Source of the DNA: an uncultured virus (IMG/VR IMGVR_UViG_3300046047_000046)
Taxonomy: Duplodnaviria; Heunggongvirae; Uroviricota; Caudoviricetes; Crassvirales
Length of the DNA: 20,000 bases
Strand: one strand, 5' to 3'
IMG/VR virus record: IMGVR_UViG_3300046047_000046
Coordinates: 56,161-76,160 of that record
Positions 17,149-20,000 of the stretch are shown here, one piece after another (the first letter of the stretch is position 1; every line of letters starts with the position of its first letter). Below the pieces are notes generated by a model, which saw nothing but the letters and a program-made list of their open reading frames with translations, was not told where the DNA came from and made no database searches. A program made the position numbers and the translations under genes.

Positions 17149-17583
17149 TTAATATAATCTTACATCACAAAGATGAAATAGATAGTCATACTTATTAATA
17201 TTCTGAATAAATGTTTCACATTCTGATGTAATACCTTTATATATAACATCTTCAGGAATCTTACTATAAAAGTCTATAGTAGTTGCTTTAACAGTAGCTA
17301 TAAAGTCAAAAGCATTAAGGCAGTCACAAGGTATTCCTTTAACTGCATTAGGTTGCATTTTACCAAGTATTCCCATATAACCTTCAGCAAGACCATCCTG
17401 ATAATCTGAGATAACCCCTAAGAAATCATCAAGATATACATGTATGTTTTTTCTTGGTGCTGCCCAATGAAGATTTTTACATCTGGTTTTAAATCCTTCA
17501 AGTCTGTTTATGAATGAAAGAAATAGTTGTGAGCTTCCTTCTTCTTGTACTCTATCTCCTATAGGAGTAAGTAATGTTTCCAT
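17149..17583 (-). CDS. Ferritin-like/Dps-like four-helix protein
   Basis: KNLHWAA...HVYLDDF....YQDGLAE matches the Dps ferroxidase HW...H..(F/L)D...D..AE pattern. Confidence 0.7.
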   Translation of the reverse strand: METLLTPIGDRVQEEGSSQLFLSFINRLEGFKTRCKNLHWAAPRKNIHVYLDDFLGVISDYQDGLAEGYMGILGKMQPNAVKGIPCDCLNAFDFIATVKATTIDFYSKIPEDVIYKGITSECETFIQNINKYDYLFHLCDVRLY

Positions 17584-17633
17584 ATTATTTTAGAGTTTAA
17601 AATTAAAATTTATTAGTAACTAAATTAGTATTG

Positions 17634-17665
17634 CAAATATAAGGGATTATTTTCATACATACAAA
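17634..17665 (-). promoter_or_regulatory. Bacteroidota-type promoter upstream of the Dps-like gene
   Basis: Minus strand TTTG-N20-TATATTTG, intergenic. Confidence 0.8.
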
Positions 17666-17689
17666 TAATATGAGTTTATTTAAATTAAA

Positions 17690-18031
17690 TTAACAGTGTT
17701 CATGCATATTATCATCAGGCATAGGCTCTTCTGGTTCAGGCTCTCTATGTATATCATGATTTTCTCTATTCTCATATTTCTCTGACCATGCCTTAGTAAT
17801 ACCTGCTGATGCAAATACTCCTGCAACAGAAGCTATATAAGCAGCAAGTCCATGTAAGTCAGTCCTTATAGTATGATTATATACTACTTCAATGATAAGT
17901 ATTGCAGCTGGTATTAATAATAATATTAATCCTATAATAGTTACAGCTATAAGAAAGAAGTTCTTTGAGGAAACTCCTGTATTATTCATTACTAGCTTTT
18001 TAATAAAAGAAGCATTACTTGTTTTTGTCAT
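17690..18031 (-). CDS. Two-TM membrane protein (holin-like topology) with acidic tail
   Basis: SSKNFF followed by two hydrophobic helices and an EPEPEEP tail. Confidence 0.6.
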   Translation of the reverse strand: MTKTSNASFIKKLVMNNTGVSSKNFFLIAVTIIGLILLLIPAAILIIEVVYNHTIRTDLHGLAAYIASVAGVFASAGITKAWSEKYENRENHDIHREPEPEEPMPDDNMHEHC

Positions 18032-18054
18032 AGTTTCTTATAAGATTAATGATA

Positions 18055-18444
18055 TTATACTGCTTTATATATTAATTCTTTGCTTTTACTTTTTCTAATA
18101 GTAAATCCCAAAGGAAGTAATGCATACTTATATATCTGCAATAGTCTTTTATTATCAGGAAATATATGCAGTGTACATCCTTTCCTATGCTCTTTAAAGA
18201 ATAGAAGGTAATCAATTAAACATTTCTTTGCCCATAGAAAAGATTTTATTCCATCTTTGCCTGTATGCTGCCCACTCTGAAAGCCCTTTTTTCTTTTAGA
18301 GGTAACATAAAAAGAAAAGTTATACTGATTACCTTCATACAAGTATGACTCACAATTAATTATCTGTCCATATATATTCTTTGATGTATATCTATATAAA
18401 TCAACATACTCAAAGTCTCTTTTCTTTTCTACATTATATAACAT
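18055..18444 (-). CDS. Hypothetical basic protein
   Basis: 129-aa ORF immediately downstream of the tRNA. Confidence 0.6.
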   Translation of the reverse strand: MLYNVEKKRDFEYVDLYRYTSKNIYGQIINCESYLYEGNQYNFSFYVTSKRKKGFQSGQHTGKDGIKSFLWAKKCLIDYLLFFKEHRKGCTLHIFPDNKRLLQIYKYALLPLGFTIRKSKSKELIYKAV

Positions 18445-18472
18445 ATACTATATACTCTGATAAGAATTAAAG

Positions 18473-18546
18473 TGAAAGAGAAGAGACTTGAACTCTTAAC
18501 CTACAGATTAGAAATCTGTTGCTCTATCCAATTGAGCTACTCTTCC
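18473..18546 (-). tRNA. tRNA-Arg (anticodon TCT), CCA not encoded
   Basis: GGAAGAG acceptor pairs with CTCTTTC. D arm GCTC-AATTGGATA-GAGC, anticodon arm ACAGA-TT[TCT]AA-TCTGT, T arm AAGAG-TTCAAGT-CTCTT. Confidence 0.92.
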
Positions 18547-18549
18547 TTA

Positions 18550-19173
18550 TAAAAAAGTAAGAGGCTGCCTTTAAAAACAATGGTCTAAAGTTCAGCCTCT
18601 GATATTAGTTTAACCGAAATCACTAATATCTAAAAGTAAGTCTTTGACAAAATGAAGTATCTATTATCACTAACTGATGCTACTAACTATAATAAAAATT
18701 ATTACTAAAACCTTGTATGTTAATCCCTATTTAAAACTCATATTGACTTACTTTTATACTTTAATACAGACTTAAAATTTATATTAAAACCAAACAAAAT
18801 AATCTTAAATAATAATGTTATTATCAATCAAGCACAATAATAATTACCTGACGTTTTTATCCATCATCTGATGTAATTTAATTATAGCCACTGCTAATTT
18901 ATATTTACACCCTTTGCTTATACTATTAATAGGGGGCGGTTATTATCTACTTTTATTGTAGTTTTATCTTGAACTCCTCTTTACCTCAACCTCTTTCTCA
19001 TCATCTTGGTGGGAGACCCCAGTTTATGTCATATAAGTTTTTCAAGTCCTAAGAGATGTATAACTACTCTATGTATAGGTGAGCAGGTCACTCTTTATGC
19101 CAATCTAACTCAGGTGGTATTCCTTCAGTTTCATTTACTGTAGATTGAAATCTCTGGATGAACAGGGATTAAC
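18550..19173 (-). ncRNA. Candidate large structured non-coding RNA (core 18719-19173, possibly extending to a terminator-like hairpin at 18550-18600)
   Basis: No ORF of 60 aa or more. Begins a few nt after a consensus promoter. A 13-bp long-range stem pairs 19161-19173 with 18719-18731, and there are many internal helices with minus-strand G-U pairs. Confidence 0.55.
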
Positions 19174-19179
19174 TGTGAG

Positions 19180-19211
19180 CAAAGATAGTATAAAAAATTA
19201 TACTGTGCAAA
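19180..19211 (-). promoter_or_regulatory. Bacteroidota-type promoter with a palindromic spacer
   Basis: Minus strand TTTG-N20-TATCTTTG. The spacer contains the inverted repeat AGTATAA-N4-TTATACT (19187-19204). Confidence 0.8.
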
Positions 19212-19455
19212 TATAAAAGAATAAAAATGAAAGATTTAATAAAGATTAACTATTGAGTGCTATATTTATATGGGATTTTTATTTTATTTTATTTTTTTTC
19301 CTAAAATTTTTTTTAGAATTTTTTCTAGAATTTTTTAGTATTTCTATGAATGAAAGTCTGTCACCAAATACCCCTCCCAGACTTTGGAGAGTGGGTTTAT
19401 AGCCCCTCTCTTACATAGAGATATTCTCTATGTAAATCCATAAAAAATTACAACT

Positions 19456-19728
19456 ATGGAATCCAAGAGTAATATGAGCCTTCAGGCTCTTAAGATGAGT
19501 GAAAATGGTTCAAGCATTGATTTCTTCCCTACAAAGGAAGGAACAGCACACACATTATTCTTTGTGTGTGGAAGTAAACGTGGCTTTGTTAGTGACAAAG
19601 CTGCTGAAACCCTAAGAGAATCAGGTGCTGCTGCCATTAATGAGCTTCAGTATTCTGAGGTGCAACTCACATCAGGTGAGTGGGCACCTTGCATTAGTAC
19701 TAAGGGGAAGCCAGCATTTAGCTTGTAA
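19456..19728 (+). CDS. Hypothetical protein, first gene of the oppositely transcribed (probably early) arm
   Basis: 90-aa ORF with an A-rich leader, followed by terminator hairpins. Confidence 0.7.
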   Translation: MESKSNMSLQALKMSENGSSIDFFPTKEGTAHTLFFVCGSKRGFVSDKAAETLRESGAAAINELQYSEVQLTSGEWAPCISTKGKPAFSL

Positions 19729-19736
19729 CCCCTTAA

Positions 19737-19816
19737 AATGACTTCAAGCATTGCTTTAAGCAGTGCTTGTAAGTCATTGAGTATTAGGTAGTTAGACTAC
19801 CTAATTACTCTTTTTT
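19737..19816 (+). terminator. Tandem hairpins ending in an intrinsic terminator
   Basis: AATGACTT-CAAGCATTGCT-TTA-AGCAGTGCTTG-T-AAGTCATT (19737-19778), then GAGTA-TTAGGTAGT-TAG-ACTACCTAA-T-TACTC followed by TTTTTT. Confidence 0.75.
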
Positions 19817-20000
19817 CTCCATTAAAATTACAATGAAAAAATAGAACAATCAATAAGATTATAACTATTTTTACTGAATAATTCATATATATAATAATTA
19901 AAATAAGTAGGCATAGCTCAGGCATTTCTGAAAGTTTTAATTATTATTCAAAAAAACTCAAATAGCTTCCCAAGTTGTTGAGGGCACCAGTTTCTTAGAT

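Noticed and set aside
141..18098. Plus-strand ORFs in the track (141, 405, 1340, 2700, 4259, 4895, 7955, 9803, 11998, 12610, 15077, 15190, 17892) and nested minus ORFs (9477, 12836)
   Set aside because: They are antisense or alternate-frame shadows of well-supported genes, Ser/Leu/Ile-rich and without recognisable motifs.
18508..18514. Possible amber-suppressor tRNA (CTA in the anticodon loop) and stop-codon recoding, as known in some Crassvirales
   Set aside because: The 7-nt loop TTTCTAA centres on TCT (Arg). Long genes are intact in the standard code, and TAG (16327) and TGA (8018, 5774, 15926) act as stops at gene boundaries.
19000..19025. TGGGGTCTCCCACCA (minus strand) as tmRNA/tRNA-like ends
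   Set aside because: There is no T-arm or tag reading frame in the expected arrangement, so it is treated as part of the unassigned structured RNA.
1..20000. Second VR or CRISPR array
   Set aside because: By eye the invariant TR core (TGTAACTTTTCTTCTTTGACAGTG) occurs only in TR and the single VR, and no regularly spaced repeat-spacer series is visible. Remote targets outside the window cannot be excluded.
19833..20000. ORF from ATG 19833, or a tRNA-like GGCATAGCTCAGG at ~19910
   Set aside because: The ORF stops after three codons, and no cloverleaf can be completed.

Overview
This AT-rich window looks like the late (structural/packaging) module of a crAss-like phage (Crassvirales) infecting Bacteroidota, read in the standard genetic code. 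Almost everything is on the minus strand. Right to left it holds a tRNA-Arg(TCT), small accessory genes (Dps/ferritin-like, Zn-ribbon, wHTH, HU/IHF-like, GroES-like), the large terminase and the portal. Next comes a complete, very compact diversity-generating retroelement: a fibre-like target gene with C-terminal VR, then avd, TR and a DGR reverse transcriptase. After it are fibre/assembly genes, a probable lysis cassette, a 34-aa basic peptide missed by the ORF track, and the 5' part of an acidic scaffold-like gene. Five Bacteroidota-type promoters (TTG-N20-TAnnTTTG) punctuate the module. The main signals are: (1) the DGR, whose TR/VR pair shows adenine-specific substitutions plus a one-codon length difference, and whose TR is in frame with and almost abuts the RT; (2) an ORF-free, highly structured ~450-620 nt element (18550-19173) that starts at a predicted TSS and ends next to the tRNA, a candidate large phage ncRNA; (3) a strand-switch region (19250-19450) with phased T-tracts and a perfect 3-nt-loop hairpin before the first plus-strand gene. 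All family assignments come from motifs recognised by eye, not database searches.
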